The notes beneath the pieces were generated by a model, which saw only the letters and a program-made list of their open reading frames with translations, was not told the origin of the DNA and searched no databases. A stretch of 64,000 nucleotides of DNA, from the NCBI GenBank assembly GCA_965235115.1, contig OZ249440.1, positions 32,304,001-32,368,000 of the forward strand. The letters are read 5' to 3'. Positions 37,488-51,267 of the stretch are shown one piece after another; the first letter of the stretch is position 1; the number at the start of each line of letters is the position of its first letter. A program made the position numbers and the translations under genes. This stretch comes from Laetmonice hystrix. Lineage: Eukaryota.

Positions 37488-40400
37488 TATGGAAGAAGAA
37501 ATCAGAGCAGACACCATGGGAACCATTTCACATCGCCCTCTCACCAGATAGGCCAATGCAGGTATCAACTGTAGCATACAGTGCTATCCTCATGGCTCCC
37601 CCTACGGATCTCTCCACCATTTACACAGTACTTAAGCACAACAAGGAGATGGTGAATGCACTCGGACACACATATACACCAGTGTTTTTCGAAATGGGAC
37701 TGTTGACAAAAGCTTTGGAAGTCGCATGGTCTAGACCAGAAGAACTGAAAGGTGTGATCCCATGTGAAGGAGGCATGTGTCTACTGATGTCTGTGATGGC
37801 AGGCATTGGGCGTCTCTATGGGGATGCAGGCATAAGAAATCTTCTACATGATTCAGGAGTGTTTGCAGCTGGAACAGTGGAGCAAATTGTGTCTAGGAGT
37901 TCCTAAAGAATTTCAAGATTTGGTGTGATATGATGGACACTTCCATTTCCTCAGAATTCCTCGGCTGCCTACATCACTTACAGTCAAAACTCTCAGATTC
38001 AGAAAGGTCTGGTAATTTAGATTTTGAACTCATGGATCAAGTCAGGAGTGTGGTTCAGACAAATGTGTTACCACTGATTAACCGGTCCCGTGAGGAGGGC
38101 CCGTAAATGTCCCCAACCTTCAGATTATGGATTAAGGTTCACATGGATGCAGAAGTAATGTGTCTGAGACTGTTGGTGATAAATGCCAAGAAGCAAGTGC
38201 CTCTGAAAAGAGTGATATCATATGAAAATTCTCCAGTGCCTTTAAGCATGTTCCTGGAAGATGGCACAATGTTCTGTGGAACAAAGTCCCAGTTTTTGAA
38301 CAAGTTGGAAGAGCTTATCCCCAGAGACAGGATAACAGGTGTAGACGACATTAACACCATCATCTGGGATGGGCATGCAATTATTCAGTTGCTACAGGTC
38401 ACACAGACGTCAGACAAGGTCTGCTTCAGAGATATGGCATCGACTTTTATGAGCTACATCCCTGGAGTAAATGCCAGAAATGCAATGCAGATCCATGTAG
38501 TCTTCGACCGCTACTTGAAGGGCGCTTATGCAAAGTCTCCACTGTATAGGCTGGTTTATTTACCTTTTCCAACGTAAACCACCATCATAATAATATTCTT
38601 TAGTAATTGATGTAATCAGCAGCACGTAATTCTCATAATTAATGAAAAAACGAATATTAGCTGCAACACCTTGCGATTGCTACCGGAAGTAGCCTCTGAA
38701 TGACCCGTGACGTCATAGCCAGAACACTTCCTAGGGGGATGTAGGCGTAGCAATGGTGCAGGCACGGGAAGCAAGAACTTGAAGAAGTCCGATTCTGACA
38801 CAGAATGGCTTTTTCCAGAAAAAGATAAGGGGGATGCCGTGGAAGATTCTGTTGTAGGCCCAGATATTATATAATTTATATGAGCCGCGAGCATCAGACA
38901 GTGAGGCAGTGACAGTGAGTGACGACGAGGGAGGCTGCACAGGGCTGTGGCCAGCCAGAGAAAATTTTCCTACGCCCCTGTGTCAACATCTACCGCTAGT
39001 ACGCGCTACAGTGACAGCCGCGCTAGGCCCAAGCTTCAGTGAGGAGGGGGAGAAAGAGAGGGGTTCTAGTTTTGAGGGATTCTAGGAAAGAAGAATGTTA
39101 TTTTCCGAAGGCAGGTGCAGAGGGCCCGAACGGTATTATGTTTTATATGAGTCAGAGTAGACTCTAGGACTAGGCCTACTCTAGTCTAGGCCTAGGCTAG
39201 CGCGAAGTTGGAGGGGCAAGCCTGGCAACGTGACCGTCGTCCTGGGCCGACCTCAGCCGGGCTGAAGCTGAGCCTGAGCCGAGGGCGAGGACGAGCCTGA
39301 CTCTGAGAACAGGCAGAGAGATTTGTCTGGTAATTTTGATTATGCCCTATAATAAATAATGATAGGCCTGGCTGATTGTGGGGCTACACTGCAGACAAAA
39401 CCTCATCCCTGGCTGCCATGCAGCTGGTCCGGCGACTGGCCGAGGCTTGACCAGAGACTGTCACTGAGAGAGTATAGCTAATGTACTTTAGCTCCCCTTC
39501 CCAGGCCAGGGCAGTACGCTTCGGGTCTGACCAACGCTACGAAGCTACAGGAATGCCAGCTATTGCAGAAACGTGTTTTCTGAGCAAAAATGTATACTTT
39601 TGAAAATACTGAACATTGACAGCGTAAGATTTTATATCATAGCCACAGGTGCTTGCCTGCTTTTAAAATAAAGGTTGCTCTGCAGGTTGATGGGGGGGGG
39701 GGATTATCCCTCCGAGTTATGCAGGAGATTTACCCCCCCCCCCCGTCCTCTATATGAAACCCTGCCCCCCCCCTTTAAAGGAGTCTTAAAAATATTAAGA
39801 ACCTTTTTTTCCTTTTTATTTGTTTAAAATATTTTTTTTATTTTTCATTTATACATACACATTGCTGATTCAGCCCATCATTCACCAATTGACACAGATA
39901 ATACTTACAACATCAAGTACAAATAACCCCCCCCCCCCCCAGTACACGTACCAGGATCAGTCCCTGCATCCTCAAAACTGTAGCGAAGTTAGATGAGTTA
40001 GGGAAAGGAAGTGTAGCCCTACCATCATGTATTACACTCCATCATGGATTTAGGCCAGTTTGCCTTGATGTGTTGGTTCTACAACTACAATTGCTGGAGT
40101 TTTAGCACATTTATAACTAACTCTATGCCACGTCCATATGCTGATTAATTATACTTTATAGGCCACGTGCCCGTATCATCAGCATTTTATTTATTTATGA
40201 ACACTGCTCAATTTCTAATTCTTACAATGTGATGTTCGGTTTTAGACAACTTTCTTGACATTTTTTGGGCCTAAAAACCTGGTTATGTGGGACTAGGACA
40301 GGCATTATTTATGGCACAATAGTTCTGATAGCACCATACACGGTATATTTCATAGAACATTTTACAACAGGCCATTTACAAGAATTACAAAAATCAATTT

Positions 40401-42845
40401 TATTATACTGGTTGTTCCTTTTGATTTGAGTTTATGTTTTGCAGTGTTTGATAGGAATATACTAGTATTATATCTCATCAGTGCAATAGTTTCTATAGTA
40501 CGCTGTCCCGTCTATACAAGATAACCAAATTGTTAGAAATACCTTTTTCCAAGAATATTTGGTTTCAATGTACCGTATTTGAAGGTTAACAACTTACGGA
40601 TTTCTTTTACACTATTTAAACCTGGAATGTGAAAGAAAAGAGACCATAGCGACAATGTATAGGCTACACTTTGCTTCTTTTTTTTATTATGCCTTCCTTT
40701 GTAGTCCTAAATTATTATGAACTTTTATGTACAACCTTTTCCACATTTCGTCTTTTTTGCAGAAAGTATCATTATACGGCTTACAGACTGTTTGTCAGGT
40801 GGTGTTGGGGCCACCCATCATGTTTCACTTATTACTAGCTTAATATTAGGAAGCATTTCCAACAGACACTGTCGGTGTCACACACACAGGATTTCAGTAC
40901 CCTCGTCCAAACAGGAACAATAGCAAGTCTTGAACTGAAACAACACCTGGCTTCCTGACTGGAACATCACTTCCAATTTCCAAAATTCGATTAGACTACG
41001 CCAAAATCACATAAAACACTTGTCAACCCCTTAATTTATTTACACTGAATGTGAGAAGTAAAGTCCTTGGGCTTGGCAAAACGTGATCTCTTCTCCCTGA
41101 TGACTGTCCATTTGTCAGATTGCAGCAGCCAGTATACAAACATGTTTTTGAGGCTTGTCAATGAGGGGCAGGACTGTTTGAAGAAAATCTTCAACATAAC
41201 CTGGAAATAAAATGTACCAGAATTTGCATTGCCAGCACAGTGGTTAAACAGAGGATCTGGTTGGGGGTACAGAAGAGGCAAAGCTCAAACGTGACAAACC
41301 CCCGAGCTTAGGTAATTTAGGCTATTTTAGAGCCTTATCTCTTTTTTTTAATTTAAAAAAAAAAATTTAACCTGCCTCCCTGGGGTTCATCGGCACCGCT
41401 GGTTTTCTTTGATCCCCAGCTCAATGTTACATTGTCTTTCAGTATAATATTATTATTAATAAACAGAAAACAAATACGGTAGATCTATTTACAAGATCTT
41501 GCAGATGGTTTGCTAAATTGGACAGTAAAGAATCGATATTCCCCCAGGCTAGGGCTAGGCTCTGGCGAGCGGCGAGCGATTCCTGATGTGCTGGGCACTG
41601 TCTGGATGCGGTCCGCCGCCCACAACCTGTTGCGGTGAGCCTGTCCGCTCAGCGCTTGCCGGGAGCTGATAGAATCAGCAGTTGATCTAGAGTAGAGTCT
41701 AGAATAAGATCTAGGGCCTAGACATCCTAAAAACAGGATCCTAAGTAATGTATAGTTTTGATCTAGGCTAATCAGAGATGAGAATAAGGCAGTGCTGGCT
41801 AAATTCTACACAGAATTCTTAGAACAAAATGCTGGCCAGAATCTCCGTGAGGGACAATCACTATTCATCGCTGGAGGACTGGAAGACATTGCTGTAGTGA
41901 GCAGGATCTCTGTCGATAGAGATGTGGTGCCGCTAACGTCTAATCACGAAGAGGCTGACACAAGAATCATCCTCCATGCTGTGTATGCAGCAGACCAAGG
42001 CGCAGAGACAATTGTCATATCCAGTCCAGATACTGATGTGCTTGTCCTCTTGCTACACCATCGGTCATTAATTCATGCTGACAGAATATTCTTCCTAACT
42101 GGCCATGAGAGACGACACATCTCTCTGCGACGGTACATACCAGCTCATCTCTTATACCAACAGCTGACTAAAGAACAACACGACATCCTACTAAGTGTAT
42201 ATTGCCTCACAGGATGTGACACTGTAAGCGCTTTCCATGGACATGAAACGGTCAGCGTTCAAACTGATGATGAGCAAAGCTCAACATTTTCAATCTCTGG
42301 CATCTCTTGGGTCATCCTTGCAGGTCTCAAAAGATGAAAAACTTGCCTGTACAAGCTTCATATCATCGATGTATGGGAAGGAATGTAGATCCCTTAATGT
42401 TCTGCGCTGTGAAAAGGCAGAGAGGAACGTCGTGGGCAAGAAGTTGCCGCCAACAGACGACAGCTTCAACCTTCACATTTTGCAAAGCAGTTACCAACTA
42501 ATGGTATGGAGACAGGCATCACTGGCCATACAACATCTGCCAAACCCTACTAACTATGGGTATGTGAGGGATGCCAACAAGAGATTACGTCCCAAACTCA
42601 TGAATCAGGAGGTTTCAGCACCTGAATTGCTCAATCATCTTGTCTGCAACTGCAGGCCTTCCAGCAGTCCTACTTTTCCTACTTTTTCCTACTTTTTGGG
42701 CCTTGCTCCTACTTTTCCTACTTTTTTCTTGAAATTCCTTCTTTTTCCTACTTTTTTCTACTTTTTCGTGATACATCTCAATTTTTAGCTCCGCTGACTG
42801 TAGTATAGTCAGGCAGAGCTTATCCAATTTTAACATGTAATCATC

Positions 42846-45800
42846 TTTATGAAGTCAAAACTCGGAGAGGAGGATGGTATTGTAGGTTACATTTTATTTA
42901 CATTGTAACCCGTCGATCCCCGCTAAGAGGACTCTATACAAAGGTTGAAACGTGGAGACTACATAATGAAGTTAAATAATTAATTACATCGGATGATAAC
43001 AATCGACACTTTATAAATCTGTATATATAGTTGTACCCAAATCCATATACGTAGGATAGAAATTACTGTTCTGCCTTATTAGGTGGAGACAACATGGGCA
43101 GAATCAAGTAACCCAGACAACCCTCCCAGATAACCCAACTAACCCCCAAAACCCGGGCAGACCACACTGACCCCGAGTATCCCTCCCCTTAACCCTGCCC
43201 AGCACATAAGCCCCCGCAAAATACAGCTAAATTATCGTAGATGAATATTCTGCATAAAAGACGAAGACGGAGGAGTCGGGGTGGAGGTGGGACGTTCGTT
43301 CACTTCGTCCCGACAGATGTTGAGGACTCAACCTTGACCGTTTGCTTGTATTTATACCCTCCGCCGCGCCTAGTCATTTCCTTTCCTCCAATTCCTGTAC
43401 CAACTGCGCATGATTTTATGGATAGGAACCAATATGGTGGTCATAGACTTCCTGGTGTAAACATTGAAACTCTTACGTGGATTCAGTAATGGATTGATAA
43501 CGAAGTAAGTTTACTGACTTAAAGATTTCCCTACTACAACCATCCTCGTTTATCTTCATAAATGATCCCGACTTCGTTGTCGTCGAGCTCGTATTTATGA
43601 AGTCAAAACTCGGAGAGGAGGATGGTATTGTAGGTTACATTTTATTTACATTGTAACCCGTCGATCCCCGCTAAGAGGACTCTATACAAAGGTTGAAACG
43701 TGGAGACTACATAATGAAGTTAAATAATTAATTACATCGGATGATAACAATCGACACTTTATAAATCTGTATATATAGTTGTACCCAAATCCATATACGT
43801 AGGATAGAAATTACTGTTCTGCCTTATTAGGTGGAGACAACATGGGCACTAAGCTGAATCGGAGATACAGCTGGAGCCACCCAAAAAGGCAGACGAATAT
43901 TCTTGGGCAGTCCACCTGACCATCCGAGCGCCTGAAAAGAAGCTTTGCCATTCTAACTGTCAATACATCACATAAACTCTTAAATGTGAGCTTGCCCCGT
44001 TAGACGTATTATATACCTCCCGCACTAAAAACCAGGGATAAAATCCCAACCAATAGGCTAGGTAAAAACCCAGGAAAAGCGTAGAAGTGTAGGCTACGTG
44101 AGCCCTCCAATCGCAACCATGCCAACGGCGCCGAGAGGCCATGGAGTTCCTCAAAGTATACTCTTCCACGATCCGCTGCAAGGTGAAGCCGGTGTACCTT
44201 GGAATGCTTCTCACTGACTGACCACTAGAAGTCATGCAAATCGGAATTTTGGTGCCCTAATTATCATGCAATCCAGGATACAAGTCACTGAAACGGTCCA
44301 TTTCTGGCCTACTGGAAGTCGGTCTCCCTGGCAGACCTGAAGAAGAGTCAACCACGGAGCAGTAAGCTACTTCCACTGTATGTCTAACGACGGAATCCGA
44401 CCTGAGCCTAACATCAGACTCCTACCCAATCTTCACCGACTAAGAACCGCTCCTAAATGAAGCACCTGATGACGCACCACAGCGGCCCCTCCTGTACTGT
44501 ACCAAGCTGCGAAGCGTCCACTGGAAGAGCAATAAAAATTCCAAGCAGTAATTTGGAACAAGAAGACTAAGTGATACACTTTAGAAAGGCACATGGACAG
44601 ACACGGCATCCATAGACCAATAGTTCATTGGGAGCATACTCCCAATAATAGTGATAATAGTAATAATAGTAATAAACCAGAGGGATGGACCTCATCAATA
44701 ACAAAAATAGTAACATTATAGTAAAGAATACAATTAACTATAATAACAATACAATGAATAACAAAATAATAACGAAAGGGATGGCAATAATAAAGAATGA
44801 TAATCATGAAATGATTATAATAAAAATATCAATAATAATAAAAATTGAATAACAGTAAATAAAATAAATAACAATCACGATAATAAAATGAATAATAATA
44901 ATAATCTTTAAAAATATATAATTGATAATTGAAATAAGAGCAATAAGTAATAAAAATAAAATGTATGTATAATACCATTAAGTAATCACAATAGAAATAA
45001 AAATAAAATGAATAATATGCATCATAATATAAAACAATAAAATTAAATAACCAGGAAACCCAAGAGTGACAGATCTTCAATACAAAACCCCACTATTACC
45101 AGTAATAAAATGGAGTGACGTCCCCCAATTAGAATAGGATTCCACTCCTAATGAACCCCTGTGTGAGCCACAAAACTCACAAAAACAAAACCCCACTTGC
45201 TACAGCAACAAAAATAAATGCAAGTGGCGGAACCAACTAAAAACCACTTAACCCTGGTAACAATATTGCCTTTTGGTGGAATAAAGCCCAGAGGTAACGT
45301 TCATGTCTTGCCCCATCTCCGTCTGCCAGCCAGTGGGTCGCAGCCTCCAGAAAAGCATCTGATTACGCACGACAACGTCCCCTCCTTGGCACTGCTCATT
45401 CTCTGGAGTGTCCTCGGAGCCCGCCGGACGAATTGGACTCCGGTCCCGAGCCGACGCACGTCCCGGACCCCTCCGAAGCCGTGGGCCTACCATGTTGGGA
45501 GCAAAACTGGAAATGCAAAAAATTTCCAACGCAGTCATCTGGATTAAGAGGAACATAAGATGCACCAATTTAGATACTAGAAGGGAACAAAGGCAGAAAT
45601 GACAAACTAACTCATGTGAACCCAAATTGAATCATGAAGAAAATTACTCAGGAGAGATTACAGTAACCGCAGAGGTACAAAGACCACATCCATCGCTTAG
45701 GGGGGGGGGGGACCCGAGGAACCCCAACCCTCTCCTCCAAATAACATATAGGTAGGGGCAGACACGCACCCTCCAACCGGGGGGGAGTGGGGTCCACAGT

Positions 45801-48713
45801 CCATACGGAACCACATGGACCCCGAATACATCCCCCCAGGACAACATATAGGTAGGGGCAGACACGCACCCTCCAACCGGGGGGGAGTGGGGTCCACAGT
45901 CCATACGGAACCACATGGACCCCAAATACATCCCCCCAGGACAACATATAGGTAGGGGCAGACACGCACCCTCCAACCGGGGGGGAGTGGGGTCCACAGT
46001 CCATACGGAACCACATGGACCCCGAATACATCCCCCCAGGACAACATATAGGTAGGGGCAGACACGCACCCTCCAACCGGGGGGGAGTGGGGTCCACAGT
46101 CCATACGGAACCACATGGACCCCAAATACATCCCCCCAGGACAACATATAGGTAGGGGCAGACACGCACCCTCCAACCGGGGGGGAGTGGGGTCCACAGT
46201 CCATACGGAACCACATGGACCCCGAATACATCCCCCCAGGACAACATATAGGTAGGGGCAGACACGCACCCTCCAACCGGGGGGGAGTGGGGTCCACAGT
46301 CCATACGGAACCACATGGACCCAAATCCCCCCAGGACACACTTGTGGAGGAGGGACCGGGGCCCCCAGGAACACACCCAGCCCACCAAGCAGAAAATACA
46401 TTTATGAGAAGCAACTTGAAAGTGAAACAGGTTGCAAGGTACATATGACCAAAAAGCGTATCATGAATTGTAAATGAATTAACTAAAACATAAAGTTATA
46501 CTCCGTCCAGTCCAGCTCACACTGAACGCGGCACCTCGAAGGGAGCGGTACGGTTTATACCTGCCTCTGTAGTGGATACCATCAAGGAGAAAATCCTCCT
46601 CGGCAATATACCTCCCAGCCGAGTGGGGGGGAAGGGTCAGAACCAGCACGAAGCTAACTCGAAGAGTGTAGTTAGGAAGAGCATAATCATCCAAACCAAA
46701 TAAACGTAATCACAGGATGAAGTAACTAAACGTAACGAAGTCTTGAAGAACGCAGTACAAATCGAGAAGTTATAATATATACAGCTAAATTGATAAACTT
46801 AACATGACTAAAAAGAAAAATTTGCTCAGACCAATTCTCATAACGGGGAAGAGTTCCGAAGCGGATGTATCTGGATCCTCTGGTCAAAATGCAAAAGGAA
46901 CTAATACGACTAAAATCAAATGTACCCGGTTAGCACCTACCGTAAACTCTAAATAAGCGAGTATTAATAGTATAATAAAACAAATATTTGCATAATGAAG
47001 CAAATTCATGCATAATTCGATACCGGTATACAACCTCGTCCTTTCCGAAATACCAAGTATATTTAGAATCATTCAAAAAGCAACTTAGAAGAAGCTAGTA
47101 GTAGGAAACATCTTAGTTAACATGCACCAGCGTAAGGATCCTTCATTGCATGCCCAACTGCTCTGATTTAACATGTCTGGTCAGCATAACAATTCAACGC
47201 TATACATACTAAAATGTACTCCTAAGGTAGCAAAATATTAAATTATGAAAGGAATAAGACGAAAACCTGAAACCATAGTAAGCTTTATGTATGCCGAAAT
47301 ATATGCATTTAAAGTGAAGAAATAACACAAATTACTGCGCCTGAGTATAGTACTAAAGACGAAACCATCTTGAAATCCGGGATGAAAAAACTGAAGGATA
47401 CCCCGTTAAAAAGCAACAAAATTCTAAAACGTAATGTGAAGACTGAACTGAAGTATCCAAGGCGAAAGACAAGAATCCCGTTGAGCAGACAATTATGCCA
47501 AACATGATTCTCACCATGACACATTGAAGCATTGCTTAAAAGAAATATGGATAAATGAGGACATACCAAACAGCTCAGTTAAAGAAATGGATATCAAAGG
47601 TCGACTAACTTACAAACGAAAAGTGTATGAAACCACAAACTCCCATAATAAATGAAACGTTGACCAAAAGGAAAGTGTCCCGTCTGTCTACCAAAAATAG
47701 GTACCCACCCAGTGGCGTTTGAACGCATGCGGTCCATACAAACCCTGTCAACCGTGCACGAGTGACCCCGGCCAAATCATGCTACTGAACTGGTCCTAAA
47801 GCAGATGCACCGACATGAACCCGAGAGACACCTTTTCAATAGAATTACACTGTACCACTGGGAAAACTACCAAGTAGCGAGATCTAAGATTAAGGTAACA
47901 TTAAATGGTAAGCAAAACATCAAGCTGATAAATACATAAGGTTCCTCTAAAACCAACTAATGTAACGAAGTAGGCCTAATACAGTTCGACCCAGTTATAA
48001 CCTAGTGTAATGGGGTGGGGTGGGCCGGGTTCGGAAAGGAATATGCGTCATGGCACAGAACATAAGTTCCTAACATAAAGTAAAAGTCTTGATACTATGC
48101 CTGAAGAACATAAATCATTCCCGCCTATATTAGTAGACCAATATTACTTTGAGCAAGACGAACTCAGGACGGGCTACAATACGCTAAACCGGCCTACTAC
48201 CCAACACGATGTAAAACTAAGACTCCACGTCAAGGCTGTCAGATACTGAACCGAATTGTTGAGAATAAAATGTGTTCTGGAAACGGACGTGGCTGACACC
48301 GACTACGGCAAGTTTAGGCTACATAATACAGTTGAGTGGAATGGAAACCAAAACTAGAACGAACTCACCAAACTCTAACCGATGAACCACAACGCAGGCT
48401 AGGCACGCACGTTCGTTCACTTCGTCCCGACAGATGTTGAGGACTCAACCTTGACCGTTTGCTTGTATTTATACCCTCCGCCGCGCCTAGTCATTTCCTT
48501 TCCTCCAATTCCTGTACCAACTGCGCATGATTTTATGGATAGGAACCAATATGGTGGTCATAGACTTCCTGGTGTAAACATTGAAACTCTTACGTGGATT
48601 CAGTAATGGATTGATAACGAAGTAAGTTTACTGACTTAAAGATTTCCCTACTACAACCATCCTCGTTTATCTTCATAAATGATCCCGACTTCGTTGTCGT
48701 CGAGCTCGTATTT
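42846..48713 (-). mobile_element. Non-autonomous split-direct-repeat (Ngaro/PAT-type, tyrosine-recombinase class) retroelement
   Basis: 302-bp repeat at 48409-48710 and 43292-43593; 252-bp repeat at 43597-43848 and 42849-43100. Minus-strand order is A1-internal-B1-A2-spacer-B2. TTT occurs at both ends and at the internal junction. No RT or YR ORF. Confidence 0.8.
45741..46336. repeat. GC-rich minisatellite, 100-bp unit x ~6
   Basis: Near-exact units at 45741, 45841, 45941, 46041, 46141 and 46241. Confidence 0.95.
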
Positions 48714-48886
48714 GTAGAATCCTTTTGAAACATTTAACAGAATACATAAATCATGTAAATGCAAGGCTATAATGTGCAGGAGTAGTGAGTAGTTACTGCA
48801 GGTCGAAAGCTGTAGACCGGCTGCACCACACCTTCACCAGGGCCGAAAACTAGGACTGCTTTTCTGAGGATGGAACACCAGTACTG

Positions 48887-49661
48887 CAGGCCCGTAGCCA
48901 GGGGGTATTCGAACAACCCCCCACCCCCACCCCCACCCCCCGAGCCATGGTCCGCCCTATGACAAAGTTTAAAATTTCTATCTCCCAATTCCAGTAATAG
49001 CATTTTTATGCCTTCTAAATTAAAAAAAATGTCCTGGGAAGGACCCCCAGAACCCCCCCCCCCCCATGTTATTGGTAAGCGAGGCTCAGATCTCTAAATG
49101 CTTTGAGGAACTTCAGAAATCTCCAGATGCCACGAAATCGTGTTCTTTTGCCTTCTGAATTCAAAAATTTTCTGCGGTCTCACTGCATATGTTATTGCTC
49201 CCCCCAAAAAATTTCATGGCGCCCTTCCTGCCGATCATGAATTCGGACACTGGTCATTGAATAGCTTATTTTGTGCTCCAAAATGCATCAGATTTCACCA
49301 AATTACACCTTGAATTTCAACATTTTCCGGGGGCATGCCCCCGGACCCCCTAGCAAGGATTCGCGCCTTCGGCGTCCCTAAAAACGTTGGACCCCCCTCC
49401 TACTTGAAAAAGCTGGATCCGCCCCTGCTAACTATAGGCCGAAATGCTTTGAGAAACTTCACAATTTATATATATCTCGAAATGCCAGAAAATAGCAGGG
49501 GGGTTGCCTTCTAAAATTCCTGGGGGAGGTCCCCGAGACTCCTGCGTATGTTTGCGCTGTTCAATTTCCCTCTGCCCCCCCCCCCCGACGCCAGGCTTCC
49601 TGTCGGTCCCCCTTTGGCCCTCCAACAAACCACCCCCTCTGGATAGCTGGCTACGGACCTG
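48887..49661. mobile_element. hAT-like MITE (with nested fragments), 5-bp TSD
   Basis: TIR CAGGCCCGTAGCCAG / CTGGCTACGGACCTG and TSD TACTG. Confidence 0.7.
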
Positions 49662-50286
49662 TACTGTCAGTACAGAACATGCCCAGGTGAAGAAATTATG
49701 CTATCAACGTTGGTAAAGGACGAAAACTACTCCTGCAAGCTTGCAAAACTTCTACTTTTATCCTACTTTTTATCCCAAATTCCTACTTTTCTCCTGCTTT
49801 TTTCCAAAATTGTGGTCCTATTTTTTTCCTACTTTTTCATCAGGGTCTGCTGGAAGGCCTGCAACTGCAACGAATACGGCTCTGGTGACTGCACATGTAC
49901 CTTGCACAGCCAGCCCTGCACCCAAGCTTGCAGATGTGAAGCAGCACTGCCAGTAGGGTTACGTGATGACGAGATCGCATCAATTCCTGTGTGGTGTGCC
50001 AACCCTTTCACATTAGATGTCACATGTTGTGAAAGTGATAGTGACAGTGATGATGTGTCTGTGTCATATGGTGACCCTGCTGTGTGATAAAATGACCCTG
50101 AAGATGTATTGGTGTGATATAGGTCTAGTGACACAGATGATGTGCCTGTGTGATACAGTAACACAGATTACGTTTCTCCGGATCAAATCAATTGAAGACT
50201 ATCGTGGTACCAACAGATCAGAATGATGTACAACATGTTGTTGCCTAGTTTTCTGGTTAGGCCAACATTGGACGTGCTGAGTCAGT

Positions 50287-51128
50287 TGTTACCGTGGGCC
50301 GCCTCAGCCAGACAACATCTGTGATGCTGTCCCAGGCTGACCAGGTAACACTGGACTCAGAGTTTCGTGCAGATGCGGTCACCACTTGCAGTAAGGGGCC
50401 CCAAGTCCCATTGGAGAGAGCGGTGTGGTCTTAGGCTGGCTAGGCTGGCAGGCTGGTAGGAAGAACACGGAACAGGAGTTTTGGAGTGAAGATGCCACGA
50501 TGTGACGATGATGATTTATTCAGTCAAATTGTTCTCCTTATATATGACTTTGGCTGATTGTTGTGTATATTTGATACATTTTGTTGTACTTTGCTAACAT
50601 TCTACTGGCTGATAACTGTCAACTATTACGGGGGTTACATCATCCATGTTTATAGTTAAATATCAACAACCACCATTATCTCTGGTCCTGTGAGGATGAA
50701 TCACGTAAGAGGCGACGTCATTACATACCCTACTATACTAGTCACAGGTTGATTCTTACATAACTGGGAGTGGTTTGAACTAGATAGAACTGGTTGGAAC
50801 GGGATAGAACTGGTTGGAACTAGATAGACCTGGTTGGATCTAAATAGACCTGGTTGGATATGAACTGGTTGGATATGAGTCAGCCAGTGCAGGGAACACG
50901 CACCTAATGCTTATCTATTGTTTATCTTTAGGCAGACTGCTGGGCCTGCTGCTATCAGCACTATACTGATAAAGGTCACAGGCAGCATTGAAGTCACAGG
51001 CTGGACATATAGGACTGAATACACCTCTATATAATTATATATACCATATAAGTCCAATTTCAGTGATTATATACAATATATAAATCCAACTTCCTTGATT
51101 ACACACAATATATAATCCAATCCTAACA
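50287..51128 (-). repeat. 3' LTR of the Gypsy element
   Basis: TGTTA...TAACA ends, PPT GGCGGGGAGGAA abutting 51128, and TATATAA and AATAAA on the minus strand (~50515-50545). The left boundary is inferred. Confidence 0.7.
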
Positions 51129-51267
51129 TTCCTCCCCGCCTTTTTGAGTTTGACTCTAAGGAAAACTAACCACGGGGCTTAGGAATCAGAGATATACCTA
51201 GACTTATCACCATAAATACAATATAAAATATACTTAAACATAGGAGTATACAATAATAACATACAAG

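Larger units (their letters stand above)
42653..49861. mobile_element. hAT-like non-autonomous element with 6-bp TSD; hosts the split-direct-repeat element
   Basis: TIR CAGGCCTTCCAGCAG / CTGCTGGAAGGCCTG, TSD CAACTG, and subterminal TCCTACTTTT repeats at both ends. Confidence 0.85.
37488..50087 (+). pseudogene. Academ-like transposase 2, fragmented: core 37488-38520, XPG/FEN1-like domain 41775-42652, Cys-rich finger 49868-50087
   Basis: Motifs PPTDLSTIYTVL..EGGM.LLMS..GIG; SYENSPVPLSMF..IWDGHA..VFDRY; NHEEADTRIILH..SPDTDV..LTGCDTVSAF; LPPT..H..YQ..VW. Removing 42653-49861 restores VCNCNEYGSGDCTC..PCTQACRC. Confidence 0.8.

Noticed and set aside
38520..41770. Possible additional gene within the insertion splitting Academ-2
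   Set aside because: Only short ORFs and MITE fragments; no recognisable motif or paired termini.
44600..45080. Hydrophobic Tyr/Phe/Ile-rich ORFs
   Set aside because: Low-complexity AAT-rich tract.
45644..46448. Three overlapping 234-266 aa ORFs
   Set aside because: Artefacts of a stop-free 100-bp tandem repeat.
19574..50087. One giant Academ gene spanning both regions
   Set aside because: 37488-37906 repeats the same core motifs already present in 21250-21680 with very different sequence, so these are two elements.
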